Assembly (NCBI GenBank): GCA_050486505.1
Contig: JBJHDK010000021.1
Location: 1-34,653 of the forward strand
Length of the DNA: 34,653 bases
Direction: 5' to 3'
Origin: Fibrobacteria bacterium
GTDB taxonomy: Bacteria; Fibrobacterota; Fibrobacteria; UBA11236
The position numbers were made by a program, and so were the translations under genes. Numbering within the stretch: the first letter of the stretch is position 1; each line of letters starts with the position of its first letter. Shown here one piece after another: positions 33,985 through 34,653 of the stretch. Below the pieces are notes generated by a model. It ran no database searches and was not told the DNA's origin. It saw only the letters and a program-made list of their open reading frames with translations.

Positions 33985-34653
33985 CTAAAACCGCATGGTG
34001 AATTCACCGAGCAACCCCACCTCGTGGATGTACTCGTTCTTCGGCGTGTGGAAATACTGCTCGTATTGGTACAGCGCCCTGAAGCGAGCGTCCACGTTGT
34101 TGGTGAAGTTGTACGTGACCTCGGGCTGGATGCTCGCGTTGACCTCGTCGCGCTCGCGGAAGGTCGTGCCCGTCTGTTCCACCTCGGTGCGCAGGTAGTT
34201 CGCCGCGCCGTTCAGCGTGAAGCGCAGGTTGTTCTTCAGGCGCACGTAATAGCGCCAGAACTGTACGCCCTTCTCCGTTTCCACCTCCCATGAAATCGTC
34301 GGCTCCACGCCCAGCGCCAGCGTGCGCTTGGGTGACTCGCGTTCCGCATCGCGCAGGTAGACGGGTTGCGGCGCCTGGAGCTCGCCGAGCCATGTCAGGG
34401 GCTGCCGGGGGTCGCCCGCGACCTTGCCGTACTGGATCTCGGTTTCGTAGGCGGCGTTGAACGAGAGCTCGATGCGCACGTCGGCGTTGGAGTCGTCGAG
34501 TGCGTCGAGAACCAGCCGTTCGGGATCGGGCAGCAGCAGGGCCGCGAGATGGACGGCAGCCGCGCGGTCACCCGGATCGCGCGATCGGCGCCAGCCGGAA
34601 GTGCTCGCGACGGCGGGATGCGACCGCTGAGATCTCCCCGACCCGGCGGGAGC
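33985..34653 (-). CDS. C-terminal part of an outer-membrane beta-barrel protein, possibly SprA-like (5'-truncated)
   Basis: Frame stays open to the window end. Amphipathic beta-strands (LKNNLRFTLNG, SIQPEVTYNFTNNVDARF, GLLGEFTMRF) and terminal Phe (BAM signal). The SprA resemblance is by eye only. Confidence 0.55.
   Translation of the reverse strand, partial: APAGSGRSQRSHPAVASTSGWRRSRDPGDRAAAVHLAALLLPDPERLVLDALDDSNADVRIELSFNAAYETEIQYGKVAGDPRQPLTWLGELQAPQPVYLRDAERESPKRTLALGVEPTISWEVETEKGVQFWRYYVRLKNNLRFTLNGAANYLRTEVEQTGTTFRERDEVNASIQPEVTYNFTNNVDARFRALYQYEQYFHTPKNEYIHEVGLLGEFTMRF

Noticed and set aside
1..34653. tRNA or rRNA genes
   Set aside because: No cloverleaf/T-arm pattern or rRNA-like segment was seen in the intergenic regions by eye; a tRNAscan/Infernal run would be definitive.

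Overview
GC-rich bacterial chromosomal window; the C-terminal domain styles suggest Fibrobacterota or another FCB-group lineage, which is an inference. In order it holds: a secreted-protein tail, a flippase/cytochrome c/arylamine N-acetyltransferase cluster, a tandem array of seven secreted glucose/sorbosone-dehydrogenase (PQQ-dependent sugar dehydrogenase-like) paralogues, a hypothetical gene plus membrane pyrophosphatase hppA, a DHH phosphoesterase, aspartate kinase, an AT-rich island, a PAP2-like/serine hydrolase/Zn-HhH/membrane protein cluster, a REP-associated tyrosine transposase with an internal REP, two divergent peptide ABC operons lacking ATPases, a 2OG-Fe(II) oxygenase, a HAD hydrolase and the 3' end of a probable outer-membrane beta-barrel (SprA-like). 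Most notable: (1) six of the seven dehydrogenases share a ~50-aa C-terminal 'GLDGR' module under visible purifying selection; (2) a dispersed family of ~155-185 bp elements with inverted (nnGAATT)n heptamer arms and a position-conserved ~83-bp core sits at stop codons; (3) a HEPN-like gene with a heptamer arm lies exactly at the yejA/yejB ATGA overlap between 8-bp direct repeats; (4) a TAnnTT box 6-8 nt before many ATGs suggests widespread leaderless transcription.
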